Shown here: piece by piece, positions 1 through 12,396 of the stretch | Layout: every line of letters starts with the position of its first letter | How positions within the stretch are numbered: the first letter of the stretch is position 1 | Origin: Gemmatimonadota bacterium | GTDB taxonomy: Bacteria > Gemmatimonadota > Gemmatimonadetes > Longimicrobiales > Gaopeijiaceae | Assembly (NCBI GenBank): GCA_037382905.1 | Contig: JARRPL010000002.1 | Location: forward strand, 1-61,581 | Direction: 5' to 3' | DNA: 61,581 nucleotides | The notes under the pieces: model-generated | Told to the model about the DNA's origin: nothing | What the model saw: the letters and a program-made list of their open reading frames with translations, nothing else | The model's database searches: none | Made by a program: the position numbers and the translations under genes

Positions 1-2
1 GC

Positions 3-1019
3 CAGCTCTCCCACGGCGCCGGCTGAGCATGCAAGCTCGGAATGGCCGAGCTGGCGCAGGTCCTGCGCCCTCTCATCCCCACGGACGATCCCCGGGTCCT
101 GGTCGACGCCAGCACCGGGGACGACGCCGCCGTGTACCGTATCGCCGATGACCGGGCGCTGGTGGTGACGCTGGATTTCTTCTCTCCCGTCGTCGACGAT
201 CCGGTGGACTTCGGCCGCATCGCCGCTGCCAACGCCCTGTCGGACCTGTATGCCATGGGCGCCCGCCCCCTCTTCGCGCTCAACCTCTTCGCCTTTCCCC
301 GGGCGCACCTGGAGACGGGGCTGGCCGAGGGGATCCTGAAGGGAGGCCTGCAGGTGGCCCGGGCGGCCGGCATTCCCATTCTGGGAGGACACTCCATCGA
401 CGATCCAGAGCCCAAATACGGAATGGTGGGCGTGGGAGAGGCGCGTCCGGACCGGTTGGTCCGGAACGACCGCGGCAGGGCGGGGGACGTCCTCGTCCTC
501 ACCAAGCCCCTGGGAACGGGGGTGATCACCACCGCGCTCAAGGCCGATGGTGCACCGCCCACCGTCATCGCCCGGGCGGTGGAGACCATGACCACGCTGA
601 ATCGGGGCGCCGCGGAAGCCATGTCCGACGTGGGGGTCCGAGCCGCGACCGACGTCACGGGCTTCGGCCTGCTGGGCCACCTGCGGGCGATGGCGCGAGC
701 CTCGGGCGTGGCGGCCCGGGTGCAGTCGGTTCGGGTGCCCATCCTGGAGGGAGCCCGCCCTCTGGCGGACGCGGGCCACGTTCCCGGCGGAACCAAGAGG
801 AACTCCCGGGATCTCGATCCCGATCTGGAGCTCTCGCCTGACGTGGATCCGGTGACACGGCTGCTGTTGTGCGATGCCCAGACGTCCGGGGGCCTGCTCA
901 TGGCGGTACCCCCGGACCTCCTGGAACGGCTCGAGCAGGCGCTGGAGGGCAGAGCCCCCCTCGTGGCCCGCATCGGCGAGTTGGAGGCAGGCCCGGCAGG
1001 CCGCATCCGGGTGGAGTGA
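3..1019 (+). CDS. selD: Selenide, water dikinase (selenophosphate synthetase), selenocysteine-containing; 5' end lies outside the window
   Basis: The frame upstream of ATG42 reads Q-L-S-H-G-A-G-[TGA 24-26]-A-C-K-L-G-M, matching the SelD N-terminal SHGAG-C-x-C-K motif with UGA at the catalytic Cys. Downstream motifs: DDAAV, DFFSP, ANALSDLYAMG, GGHSI, TDVTGFGLLGH, DAQTSGGLL. Confidence 0.95.
30..58 (+). promoter_or_regulatory. Candidate bacterial SECIS hairpin just downstream of the selD UGA
   Basis: Perfect stem AGCTCGG (34-40)/CCGAGCT (46-52) with loop AATGG, extendable by TGC (30-32)/GCA (56-58). Confidence 0.65.
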
Positions 1020-1061
1020 CGGGCGTGGCCCGGCTACCGATGAGGCAGCCGGGCCGGCTCG
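1020..1061. terminator. Stem-loop between convergent selD and lon (possible bidirectional terminator)
   Basis: GGCCCGGCT (1027-1035)/AGCCGGGCC (1047-1055) plus outer CGGGC/GCTCG; no canonical downstream U-tract. Confidence 0.4.
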
Positions 1062-1066
1062 AAAAA

Positions 1067-3673
1067 TCAAGCCCTGGCGACGGGCTCTTCGGCAGCCGCC
1101 TCGTCCTCCGACGAAGCCGGAGCAGTGGAGCCGTGCTGCAGCGCCTCGGGGGCAGGGCGGAGGGCCACGGTCATGACCTCGTCCAGCGACTCCACGAGGT
1201 GGATCTTCAACTGCTTCCGCACCGGCTCGGGCAGATCCTCCAGATGCGCCTCGTTGTCCTTGGGGAGGATGATCTCATGAATCCCGGCTCGCACCGCGCC
1301 CAGGAGCTTCTCCTTGACCCCTCCGATGGGAAGCACCCGACCCGTCAGGGTCAGCTCACCCGTCATGGCGACGTCACGACGCACCTTTCGACCGCTCAGC
1401 GCCGAGACCAGCGCCGTGGCCATGGTGATTCCCGCCGAGGGCCCGTCCTTGGGCACCGCACCGGCGGGGACGTGGATGTGGACCTCCTTGTCCTTCAGCG
1501 CGTCCTCCGGAATGCCCAGGAGCTCGTGGTTCGACTTGGCGAAGGAGAGGGCAGCCCGGCCCGACTCCTTCATCACGTCCCCCAGCTGCCCCGTGAGGAC
1601 CAGGCCCCCTGAGCCCGGCATCACGGTGGCCTCGACGAACATGATGTCCCCGCCCATGGGCGTGTAGAACATGCCGGTGGCCACTCCCCGGGCATCCTCC
1701 GCGGCCATCCGCTCGGGATGGACCCGGGCTCGTCCCAGGAGCTCGTGAATGCCCTCCCTGTCCAACGTCACATGGTCCGTCTTTCCGGCAGCGATCCGAC
1801 GGGCCACCTTGCGGGCCACCTTCCCCAGCTCCCGCTCCAACTGCCGGACCCCCGCCTCCCGGGTGTACTCCTGGATCACCGAGAGGATGGCGTCGTCGTT
1901 CAAGGTGAGCTCGTCCTCGTGCAGACCGCTGGCCTTCTCCTGGCGCGGAAGGAGGTAGCGTCGGGCGATCTCCAGCTTCTCCGCCTCGGTGTAGCCGGAG
2001 AAGTCGACCATCTCCATCCGGTCCATGAGTGGTGCCGGAATCCGGTCGGGATAGTTCGCCGTCGCGATGAACAGGACCTCAGAAAGGTCGAATGGGATGC
2101 CAAGGTAGTGGTCCACGAAGGTGGAGTTCTGGGCCGGATCCAGGACCTCCAGAAGGGCCGAAGACGGGTCCCCCTGGAACGACACCCCCAGCTTGTCCAC
2201 CTCGTCCAGGAGGAAGACCGGGTTCTTCGTTCCAGCCTGCTTGAGGCCCTGGATGATCCGACCGGGCATGGCGCCCACATAAGTGCGCCGGTGCCCTCGA
2301 ATGTCGGCCTCGTCCCGTGCTCCACCCAGCGAGATGCGGACGTACTTCCGGCCCAGGGACCGAGCGATGCTCTGGGCGATGGAGGTCTTCCCCACCCCGG
2401 GAGGTCCGGTGAAGAGAAGGATGGGACCGCGACCGGAATAGTCCGCCTCGGCCCCCGGGAGGGTCGGGGACGGCGTGATCTCGGACTCGGGCTCCTCGTC
2501 GCCCTCCTCGTCCGACGCCTCGGAGGCCTCCTCGGAGACCCCATTTCCCTCCGGGTCGTTGCCCTGTTCATCGTGGGCGGCCTCGGATTCCCCGGCGTCG
2601 GCCTCCCCCGCCTCGCTCCCCTCCGCCTCCTCGGCGGCGGCCCGCTCCAGCTGGAGCTTCCGGACGGCGAGGAACTCCAGGACCCGGTCCTTCACGTCCT
2701 CGAGGCCGTAGTGATCCTCGTCCAGGATCTCCTCGGCCTTGGCCAGGTCGATCTTGTCCTCGGTACGCTCCCCCCACGGGAGTTCCATGACGGAATCCAG
2801 GAAGGTCCGGATCACCTGGTACTCAGCCGATTGGGGGCTGGTGCGCTGGAGCCGGCGAAACTCCCGATCCACCTCGGTCCGCTGCTCCTCCCCCAGGGGA
2901 AGGGCGTCCAGACGCTCCTTGATCTCCTCGAGATCGTCCCGCTCCTCCTCGTCGCCCAGCTCCTTCTGGATCTGCTTGAGCTGCTCCCGGAGGAGCATCT
3001 CCCGCTGCCGCTCCCCCAGCTCCGACTGGACCCGGGCCTGGATCTCCTCCTGGGCCTCGATGCGCGCGAGCTCCTTCTCCACCGCCACCAGCGCCCGGCG
3101 CATGCGGGCCTCGTCGTCCAGCGTCTCCAGCAGTGCCTGCTTCGCCTCGGTGGGCAATTCAAGGTAGAAGGCCACGAGATCCGCGAAGGCACCCGGCTCG
3201 TCCACTCCCTGGATGAGCTGGTTCAATGCCTCCGCCGGGACGCCGCGCCGGGTCCCGAGCTCCGCCGCACGATCCCGCAGCTCCCGATCGAGAGCGGCGA
3301 AGGCGGGGTCCGACGTGTCCTGGGGCACCTGCCGGTCCATCTCCAGAAGGACCGCCTCGAGCATCTCCTCGCCCTCGTCGTGATAGGCGATGGCCTGGGC
3401 GCGGCCCTCTCCCTGCACCAGAAGCTGGACGCCACCCCGCACCCGGTGCGTCTGGATGATCCGGACCACCGTCCCCACGGTGTAGAGCATCTCGGGAGTG
3501 GCCTCGTCCACGTTCTCCTTCTGCGCGACGGCGAAGAGGCGCCGGTCGTTGTCGAGGGCCTGCTGTACCGCTTCGATGGTACCGGGACGCCCGGCGGAGA
3601 TGGGAACAGCCACTCCGGGATACACGACGGTATCCCGCAGGGGAAGGACCGGAAGGGTGAAACGCTCGCCCAT
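1067..3673 (-). CDS. lon: ATP-dependent protease La (LonA) with an acidic insertion before the AAA+ Walker A
   Basis: N-domain [13 protein letters not shown], Walker [27 protein letters not shown], catalytic [16 protein letters not shown]. Start set at ATG 3673, which has a GAGG SD. Confidence 0.97.
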   Translation of the reverse strand: MGERFTLPVLPLRDTVVYPGVAVPISAGRPGTIEAVQQALDNDRRLFAVAQKENVDEATPEMLYTVGTVVRIIQTHRVRGGVQLLVQGEGRAQAIAYHDEGEEMLEAVLLEMDRQVPQDTSDPAFAALDRELRDRAAELGTRRGVPAEALNQLIQGVDEPGAFADLVAFYLELPTEAKQALLETLDDEARMRRALVAVEKELARIEAQEEIQARVQSELGERQREMLLREQLKQIQKELGDEEERDDLEEIKERLDALPLGEEQRTEVDREFRRLQRTSPQSAEYQVIRTFLDSVMELPWGERTEDKIDLAKAEEILDEDHYGLEDVKDRVLEFLAVRKLQLERAAAEEAEGSEAGEADAGESEAAHDEQGNDPEGNGVSEEASEASDEEGDEEPESEITPSPTLPGAEADYSGRGPILLFTGPPGVGKTSIAQSIARSLGRKYVRISLGGARDEADIRGHRRTYVGAMPGRIIQGLKQAGTKNPVFLLDEVDKLGVSFQGDPSSALLEVLDPAQNSTFVDHYLGIPFDLSEVLFIATANYPDRIPAPLMDRMEMVDFSGYTEAEKLEIARRYLLPRQEKASGLHEDELTLNDDAILSVIQEYTREAGVRQLERELGKVARKVARRIAAGKTDHVTLDREGIHELLGRARVHPERMAAEDARGVATGMFYTPMGGDIMFVEATVMPGSGGLVLTGQLGDVMKESGRAALSFAKSNHELLGIPEDALKDKEVHIHVPAGAVPKDGPSAGITMATALVSALSGRKVRRDVAMTGELTLTGRVLPIGGVKEKLLGAVRAGIHEIILPKDNEAHLEDLPEPVRKQLKIHLVESLDEVMTVALRPAPEALQHGSTAPASSEDEAAAEEPVARA

Positions 3674-3748
3674 GTGACCTCTCTGATGAAAGCCGCTGCG
3701 TCTCGGTGAGACCCGGCGACGGGGGTTTCGTTGCAGGATCGATTGGAG

Positions 3749-3765
3749 TGCAGGTTCCTTGCCAG
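3749..3765 (-). promoter_or_regulatory. Sigma-54 (-24/-12) promoter-like element upstream of lon
   Basis: Minus strand reads CTGGCAAGGAACCTGCA: GG-N10-GC spacing, close to TGGCACG-N4-TTGCA, about 75 nt upstream of the lon ATG. Confidence 0.6.
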
Positions 3766-4038
3766 AGGTTTCGCCCCTTCGACCTGACAAACCCGTCAAC
3801 CGGGGGGATCATTTCTGCCATACTGGCCGTCCTCGCCCGTGAACCCGCCACTTTTTCGAGCGGATCGAGTGGCGTAGCTTCGTCGAGCGATGATTCATCT
3901 CCGGCTGGGGCGACCTGGTTTCGGCGAGGCGTCGGTCCGGGTCCGCCGGGCCTGGCTGGACTGCGCCGCAGCCGTTCCGCGGGTGCTTCCAGACCGGGTG
4001 CCACCGACGTCCCCACTCCTGGAAACCCAGGTTCGACC

Positions 4039-5748
4039 ATGGCGTACACGATTCGAAGGTTCCTGCCGGCTGCGTTCGTCCTCCTGCTGTTCGCCGGATG
4101 CGAGCCTTTGGATCCGCTCCCCGAGGTCCCGGAGGATTCCGCCGCCGGGCCGTTGGGCCCAGCGTCTGCACCGGCCCCTGTGGCAGGGCGCTCCACCGTC
4201 TACGCACCGCAGGGGATGGTGGCCACCAGCCAGCCGCTGGCCTCGGCGGCCGCGCTCCGGATCCTGGATGCCGGGGGCAACGCCTTCGACGCCGCCGTCG
4301 CCGCCTCCGCGGTGCTTTCCCTGGTGGAGCCTCACATGACGGGGCTCGGAGGCGACCTCTTCGCCCTCGCCTGGTCCGCCCGGGAGGGGCGGCTGCTGGG
4401 GCTGGACGCCAGTGGTCGTGCCGGAGCGCTCATGACCCCGGAGCGGATCCGTTCCGACGGCTTCGACGACGTCCCGTATCAGGGTCCCGGCTCGGTGACG
4501 GTGCCGGGGGCCATCGCCGGCTGGGGAGCGCTGAGCGATCGGTACGGGGTCCTTCCGCTGGCTCGGGTCCTGGAGCCGGCCATCGCACTGGCGGAGGGTG
4601 GTTTCCCCGTCTCGCCCATCATCGCCCGCCAATGGGCGGCGCAGGAGGATCTGCTCCGGGAGGATCCGGGAGCCACCGCGACCTATCTCCCCGATGGGTC
4701 ACCCCCGGCGCCGGGCGACTGGTTCACCAATCCGGACCTGGCCCGTTCCCTCCGCCTCGTGGCGCAACAGGGACCGGAGGCCATGTACGGGGGGGAGCTG
4801 GGGCGGCGCATCGTCCAGGGGCTCGAGGGGTTGGGGGGCTATCTGACCCTCCCGGATCTCGAGGCCATGGAGGTGGAGTGGATCGAGCCCATCTCCACGG
4901 ACTACCGGGGTACCACCGTGTGGGAGCTGCCTCCGGCGGGCCAGGGCGTGGCCGCCCTCCAGATGCTCGAGCTGCTGGAGCCCTTCGACCTGGCCGCCAT
5001 GGGTCACAACAGCCCCGCCTACCTGCACCACCTGATCGAAGCCAAGAAGATCGCCTTCGCCGACCTGGCCCACGTGGCGGATCGGGACCATCTGCGGGTG
5101 ACGCCCGAGGAGTTGCTGGACCCCGACTACCTCGAAGGTCGGCGAGGACTCCTGGACCCGAGACGGGCCGCGGAGATGCGGGAGCCGGGTGACTTCGCCA
5201 CGAGCACGGAGACGGTCTATCTGGCGGTGGCGGACCGGGAGGGCAACATGGTCTCCTTCATCCACTCGATCTACGAGTACTTCGGTTCGGGCATCGTGAT
5301 CCCGGGCACCGGGTTCGTCCTCCAGAACCGGGGGGCCGGCTTTACTCTGGAGGATGGTCACCCCAATCAGGCGGCGCCGGGCAAGCGCCCCTTCCACACC
5401 CTCATTCCCGGGTTTCTCACCCGGGACGGACAGCCCCTGGCGGCCTTCGGGGTCATGGGGGGCTCCATGCAGCCCCAGGGCCACGTGCAGGTGGTCCTGA
5501 ACATGGTGGACTTCGGGATGGATCCGCAGCAGGCCATCGACGCCGCCCGCTTCCGGCACCGGGGCGGCCTCCGGGTCGCCATCGAGAAGGTGACGCCCGG
5601 GCTTCGAGCCCGTCTGGAGGCGATGGGACACGAGGTGACCGGGTGGGAGGACGTGGCCTTCGGGGGTGGGCAGATGGTCCTGAAGCTCGAACGGGGATGG
5701 GCCGGAGACTCGGATGCCCGCAAGGACGGGCTGGCGGTGGGATACTGA
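4039..5748 (+). CDS. ggt: Gamma-glutamyltransferase family protein, predicted lipoprotein
   Basis: GMVATSQPLAS, GGNAFDAAVA, GLGGDLF, autoprocessing ETVYLAVAD, LQNRG, PGKRPFHT, GVMGG, DARKDG; lipobox LFAGC after ATG 4039. Confidence 0.93.
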   Translation: MAYTIRRFLPAAFVLLLFAGCEPLDPLPEVPEDSAAGPLGPASAPAPVAGRSTVYAPQGMVATSQPLASAAALRILDAGGNAFDAAVAASAVLSLVEPHMTGLGGDLFALAWSAREGRLLGLDASGRAGALMTPERIRSDGFDDVPYQGPGSVTVPGAIAGWGALSDRYGVLPLARVLEPAIALAEGGFPVSPIIARQWAAQEDLLREDPGATATYLPDGSPPAPGDWFTNPDLARSLRLVAQQGPEAMYGGELGRRIVQGLEGLGGYLTLPDLEAMEVEWIEPISTDYRGTTVWELPPAGQGVAALQMLELLEPFDLAAMGHNSPAYLHHLIEAKKIAFADLAHVADRDHLRVTPEELLDPDYLEGRRGLLDPRRAAEMREPGDFATSTETVYLAVADREGNMVSFIHSIYEYFGSGIVIPGTGFVLQNRGAGFTLEDGHPNQAAPGKRPFHTLIPGFLTRDGQPLAAFGVMGGSMQPQGHVQVVLNMVDFGMDPQQAIDAARFRHRGGLRVAIEKVTPGLRARLEAMGHEVTGWEDVAFGGGQMVLKLERGWAGDSDARKDGLAVGY

Positions 5749-5751
5749 CCC

Positions 5752-6591
5752 ATGGACCACGAAATCCCCTTCCATCGCCTCCCGCCGGGATTCGCCGAAT
5801 CGCTGGACCGGCCCCCCGAATCCCCGGCGGTGCCCCGCCCCGCCGCAACCATTCTGATGCTCCGGGACGGGCCCGGCGGGATGGAGACCCTCATGCTGAG
5901 ACGCACCCGGCGTTCGGGGTTCGTCCCGGGCGCCTGGGTGTTCGCCGGGGGGCGGGTGGATGCTGCCGACGGTGCCCCGGAGGTGGCGAGCCGTCTCAGG
6001 GGCCTCACGCCCCAGGAGGCCGCCCGGCGCCTGGAGCTCCACCCCAAGGCCCGGCCACCCGGCGTCGCCTACTTCGTGGCGGCCCTCCGTGAAGCCTTCG
6101 AGGAGACGGGGCTCCTGGTGGGAGTGGGCCCCGGCGGCGAGCCTGCCCGCGGGGCGGGGGATGCGCCGGAGATCGCGCGGATCCGGGATCGGCTCCTGGC
6201 GGATGAGATCGACTTCGGAGAGGCTCTCGACGCCCTCGGAGTCGAACTCCAGGGCGGGGCCATCGAATACGTTGCCCACTGGATCACGCCGGTCCAGGAG
6301 CCCCGGAGGTACGACACGCGGTTCTTTGCGGCGGCGGTGCCGCGGGAGCGGCGCGTACTCCTCCATCCCGCCGAGATGACCGATGCCCGCTGGCTGACTC
6401 CGGCCGCCGCTCTGGAGGTGCACCGGGAGGGTGGATTGCCCATGGTCTTCCCGACCATCCGGACCCTCGAGGAGCTGGTGGATTTCCAGACGGTGGATTC
6501 GGCCCTCGCGGCCTACGGGGAGCGTACGATCCCCGCCATCCTCCCGCGCCTCGTGAAGACGCCCACCGGCGTGGGGCTCGAGATTCCCTGA
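5752..6591 (+). CDS. NUDIX hydrolase (Nudt19-like)
   Basis: RPAAT..LR, VFAGGRVD, AALREAFEETG, HWITP..RRYDTRFF; 3 nt after the ggt stop. Confidence 0.88.
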   Translation: MDHEIPFHRLPPGFAESLDRPPESPAVPRPAATILMLRDGPGGMETLMLRRTRRSGFVPGAWVFAGGRVDAADGAPEVASRLRGLTPQEAARRLELHPKARPPGVAYFVAALREAFEETGLLVGVGPGGEPARGAGDAPEIARIRDRLLADEIDFGEALDALGVELQGGAIEYVAHWITPVQEPRRYDTRFFAAAVPRERRVLLHPAEMTDARWLTPAAALEVHREGGLPMVFPTIRTLEELVDFQTVDSALAAYGERTIPAILPRLVKTPTGVGLEIP

Positions 6592-6749
6592 AGGAGGACC
6601 CCGAACCGAGTGCCTGGTGCGCCATCGGCCCGGTCGCAGCGCCGCCGGGTGGATCGAGCCCCTTGTAGATCGGGACGCGACCTGGCTTGTGGCCCTCTGG
6701 CGGCTGGCCTAGAGTTCTGCATGATCGACCCTGGCCTCCCAACCCTCTG

Positions 6750-7958
6750 ATGACCGCAGCCGGCCGCTCGGACCGTACGTCGCGGGACCTCGCCGAGGCG
6801 CTGGGCGACGACTTCGACGTCCTCCGGACGCTGGGGACCGGCTCGGTGGCCACCGTCTTCCTCGCACGGGAGAAGGCGCTGTCCCGACTGGTGGCCATCA
6901 AGGTGATGCATCCCAGCACCGCGCTCGACGAGACGGCCCGTCGTCGCTTCGAGCGGGAGGCTCGCGCCGCCGCATCCCTCTCGGACCATCCGAACATCGC
7001 CGGAGTTCATCGATTCGGACGGCTCCCCGACGGCTCCCCGTACATCGTTATGCGGTACGTGAAGGGACGGACGCTGGCGGAACGTCTCGCCGCCGAGGGA
7101 CGGCTTCCCCTGGAGCAGGCTCTGGAGGCCCTGAAGGACGTCTGCGATGCCCTCACGGTGGCCCATGAAAAGGGGATCGTGCACCGGGACATCCGGCCCG
7201 GCAACGTCCTCTGGGACGAGGCTTCGGATCGTGCGCTCCTCACCGACTTCGGCATCGCCGCCATCATGTCCACCGGGGATACGGAGGCGACCCGCCTCAC
7301 CTCCGTCGGGGAACGGGTCGGTGACCCCCGGTACATGAGCCCGGAGCAGCTGCAGGACCAGGAGCTGACGGAGATGTCGGACATGTACGCCGTCGGTGTG
7401 CTCGGCTACGAGCTCCTGACCGGCGAGGGTCCCTACGAAGCCTCCACCACCGCCGACTGGATCCGGGCCCATCTCGGGGGCACCCCGCGGGACATGCAGG
7501 ATCTCCGGCCCGAGGTCCCGGCAGGGATACGTGCCTTGCTGGAGCAGTGTCTTTCCCGGGAACCGAACCATCGGCCCACCGCCACCGACGCTCTCCGGAC
7601 TCTGGAGCATCCGGACGGCCCGGCCCCTGCCCCCGCCGGGAGCGGCGCGGGCCTGGATCTCGACGAGAAGCCGGACGTCCAGACCCTCCTGCGGAAACGG
7701 GTGCCTCAGACGGTCCTGATCACCGGGACCGTGGGTTACTTCCTCACCGAGGTGGTGAACAACTTCCGCGACGCGGACATGCTCCGATCCAGCTCCTACC
7801 CCGCCGCCTGGGTCGTCATGATCACCGCCGTCCTCCTGGCGACGATCATTGCCTGGTTCCACGGAGAGCAGGGTCGACAGCGTGCCCCCGCGGTGGAGTA
7901 CGTGCTCCTCGGGGTCGTCGGGATCGCCGGATTCGCGCTGAGCGCCTGGATCTACTTG
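6750..7958 (+). CDS. Hanks-type Ser/Thr kinase with C-terminal membrane helices; stop codon missing (truncated at junction ~7958)
   Basis: LGTGSVATV, VAIK, HRDIRPGN, TDFG, YMSPEQ, three hydrophobic segments. After ...LSAWIYL the frame continues without a stop as the antisense of the neighbouring gene. Confidence 0.8.
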
Positions 7959-9914
7959 CACGTGCTTCACCTGGACCGGGTTCTCGTCGTAGCCGTCCTG
8001 GGCCTTCAGCCCGTCTTCCAGCATGGCCATGCAGAAGGGGCACGAGACCGCCAGAGTCGGGGCCCCCGTCTCCAGGACCTCCGAGGCTCGATTCCAGGAC
8101 ACCCGCGGCTCCTTCTCCTCGCGCCAGAAGTTTCCGCCACCAGCGCCACAGCAGAAGGAATCCTCCCGGTTCCGGCCCAGCTCCACCAGCTCTCCGCCAC
8201 CTGCCTCCACCAGCTTCCTCTGAGGGTCGTAGATCCCGTTGTAACGGCCGTAGAAGCAGGAATCGTGGTACGCCACCCGCCCGGCGTCGCCGCCGCCGGG
8301 CATCCCCTTCTGCTGGACCAGCTCCCAGACGACCTCCTCCACACTCCGGACCTGGAACGGCAAGGCGCCCTGGGCCCCTTCCGGCAGGAAGTCCTTGTAG
8401 TCCTTGCCGAAGACCTGGTGACAGTGGGGGTTGGTCACCATGAGGGTGCCGAAGGAAACGCTCCCGAAGAGCTCCATGTTGGTCATGGCGTTCATCTGGA
8501 ACTGGAGCTCGTTCCCCATACGGCGGTAGTTCTCGCCGCAGCACACCTCGGTGTCGCCGAGAATGCGGTAGTCCACGTCGTAGTGATCCAGGACCTTGAG
8601 GGTCGCCCGGGTGCTCTCCACGCTCCGGTCGTCGTAGAGCCCCCAGCAGCCCACCCAGAAGAGAACCTGGAAGCGCTCGCCGGGCTCGGCGATCCGGGGC
8701 ACGGGCGTTGCGGCGTCGCCCTGGGTGAGGGCCTCGATCGTCTCGGTCTTCCGGTGCTCACCGTACCCCCAGGGGTCTCCGGCGCGCTCCGCGTTCTGGA
8801 AGATCCGCTGGTACTCGGGCTCGATCTCCCCCACGTCCAGCACCTGGTGCCGGCGAAGATTGTTGAGCATGGAGAGGTGATCGATGTCCACCGGACACGC
8901 CTGGACGCACGCCATGCACGAGGTGCACTCCCAGAGCGTCTGGGAGGCGATCACGTGGTCCACCAGGGGCTGCTGCTCAAGGGGGACTCCGTCGAGGCTC
9001 TCTCCCGAGGCCTGGAACGCCTGGCGGGCGATCCCCGCCTGCTTGCCCTGAGGCGTCTTCCCCTGGGAGTGGTACTTGAGATCGACGATGAAGTCCCGGG
9101 GATTCAGCAGCTTGCCGGTAGCGTAGGCGGGGCAGGCCTCCTGACATCGGCCACACTCGATGCAGGTGATGAGGTTCAGGCGATCCGCCCAGGAGAAGTC
9201 CGCCACCTTGTTCCAGCCGTAGGTCTCCCCTCCCTCGAAGTCCAGCTCGGCCTCCAGATCCATGGGGTCCATCCGCTGGCGGTCCACCAGCGGCTGGAGA
9301 ACGGCGTTCACCGGTGCACCCAGGATATGGAAGTGCTTGGAGGTCGGGACGTAGGCCAGGAAGGAGAACGCCACCACGAGGTGACCCCATCCGAAGTAGG
9401 TCGAGGCCGGATCCGCCAGGAACCGCTCCCCGAGATGGGTCAGGGCGATGAGCCCGATGACGCCCAGGACGACGGCCGACTCCATGCTGTGGTACGTCAG
9501 GTAACTCGGGCGCACCACGAAGCGCCGGAAGGCCAGGATGGCGATCCCGGCGACGATGAGGAAGGCGAAGAGGTCGACGACCGGCGCGAACCACGAGAAC
9601 GCCGCCAGATGCAGGAATCCGTCCCGCCCGGTGACGAGCTCCTGGATCAGGCTGAGGGTGGAGACGGTGAAGACCAGGAAGCCCCAGAAGACGAAGGCGT
9701 GAGCCCAGCCGGCGGTCAGGCGCTCCCGGACCTTGCTCTGACCCAGCACCTCGCTGAAGAAGATCCCCACCCGGCGACCCACCTGGTCGCTCCGGTCCTC
9801 CGGGCCGCCCCGCCGCACGAAGGCGACCTTGTGGGCGACGAGACGTCCGAACAACGCCAGCGCCCCGATCAGGTAGAGGCCGACGAAGAGGCGAAGAGCG
9901 TCGTGTAGACTCAT
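7959..9914 (-). CDS. Membrane-bound Fe-S oxidoreductase (FadF/HdrF-like: TM domain, 4Fe-4S dicluster, CCG domains); 3' end and stop missing
   Basis: CIECGRCQEACP, CTSCMACVQACP, VCCG, YHDSC, CCGAGGG, SCPFC. The sequence ends ...VQVKHV and then reads into the kinase antisense. Confidence 0.85.
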
Positions 9915-10090
9915 GGCGGGCGCGATGGTGGGGTCGGAACCGGGGCCGGCGGTCTGCCTGGACCCGCGTGGATGCCTCCGGGTATCGGCACCCCCTCGGA
10001 GCCCCTCCGGCGGCCCCGAACGGTAGCAAATCGTGTTTCCGCGCGCACGGTCCCCCGGACCCTTCGCCGCCCCACCAGGAGTCCCTCCTC

Positions 10091-11566
<1,476 letters not shown>

Positions 11567-11634
11567 GGGGCGACCTCCGGACCCGGGGACCCGCGCCCAC
11601 CGCCCGGTCCGGGCCGGAGCGGTGACGGGCCCCG

Positions 11635-12396
11635 CTACTTCCCTCCGTCCACGGGCAGGACCTGTCCCGTGATCCAGGCGGCCTGGTCCGACGCCAGGAA
11701 GAGGACGGCGTCGGCGATGTCCGCCGGAGTCCCGAGTCGGCGCAGCGCGATCCCCTCCACGAGTTCTCGCTGTCCCTCCGGGCCGTAGGCCTCCCACTGG
11801 CGCTCGGTGGCGGGGTTGGACCGGACGAACCCCGGGGCCACGCAGTTCACCGTGATGCCGAAGGGTCCCAGCTCGTGGGCCAGTTGCCGGGTGAGACCGA
11901 TCTGGCCGGCCTTCGCGGCGGCGTACGCCTGGATTCCCGTCTTGCTGACACCCAGCCCCGCCCCCGACGAGATGTTCACCACCCGCCCGTAGCCTGCGGC
12001 CTTCATGGCGGGTGCTGCGGCCCGGACGGTATTGAAGGTCCCTGTGAGGTTCACCGCCACGATGGCGTCGAAGTCCTCCCGGGACACGGACTCCACCGGA
12101 CGGCCCACCTGACCCAGGACTCCTCCGGCGCAGTTGACCAGGACGTGGATCCCGCCGGCCTCCTCCAGCACCTCGGCGGTCGCCAGGTCCACGAGCCCGG
12201 TGTCGGTGACGTCCACGACCCCGGGCACCAGGACGGCATCGCCCGCCAACCGGGCCGTCTCCCGGAGCTCGTCCCCCAGGACGTCCCAGGCGTGGACCGA
12301 CGCACCGGTGGCGGCCAGACGCAAGGCGATCTCCCGTCCCAGGCCGTGGGCCGCACCCGTCACCACGGCGGTCCGTGCCGCCGGGGCGCCGGTCAT
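11635..12396 (-). CDS. Short-chain dehydrogenase/reductase (FabG-like)
   Basis: TGAAHGLG, NCAG, YAAAK, VAPG, ITGQVLPVDGG. Confidence 0.92.
   Translation of the reverse strand: MTGAPAARTAVVTGAAHGLGREIALRLAATGASVHAWDVLGDELRETARLAGDAVLVPGVVDVTDTGLVDLATAEVLEEAGGIHVLVNCAGGVLGQVGRPVESVSREDFDAIVAVNLTGTFNTVRAAAPAMKAAGYGRVVNISSGAGLGVSKTGIQAYAAAKAGQIGLTRQLAHELGPFGITVNCVAPGFVRSNPATERQWEAYGPEGQRELVEGIALRRLGTPADIADAVLFLASDQAAWITGQVLPVDGGK

Noticed and set aside
6513-9914. Two fully overlapping ORFs of more than 1000 aa on opposite strands as a true bidirectional gene pair or kinase-oxidoreductase fusion
   Set aside because: Each has recognisable protein only on its own side of ~7958; the rest is in-register antisense read-through.
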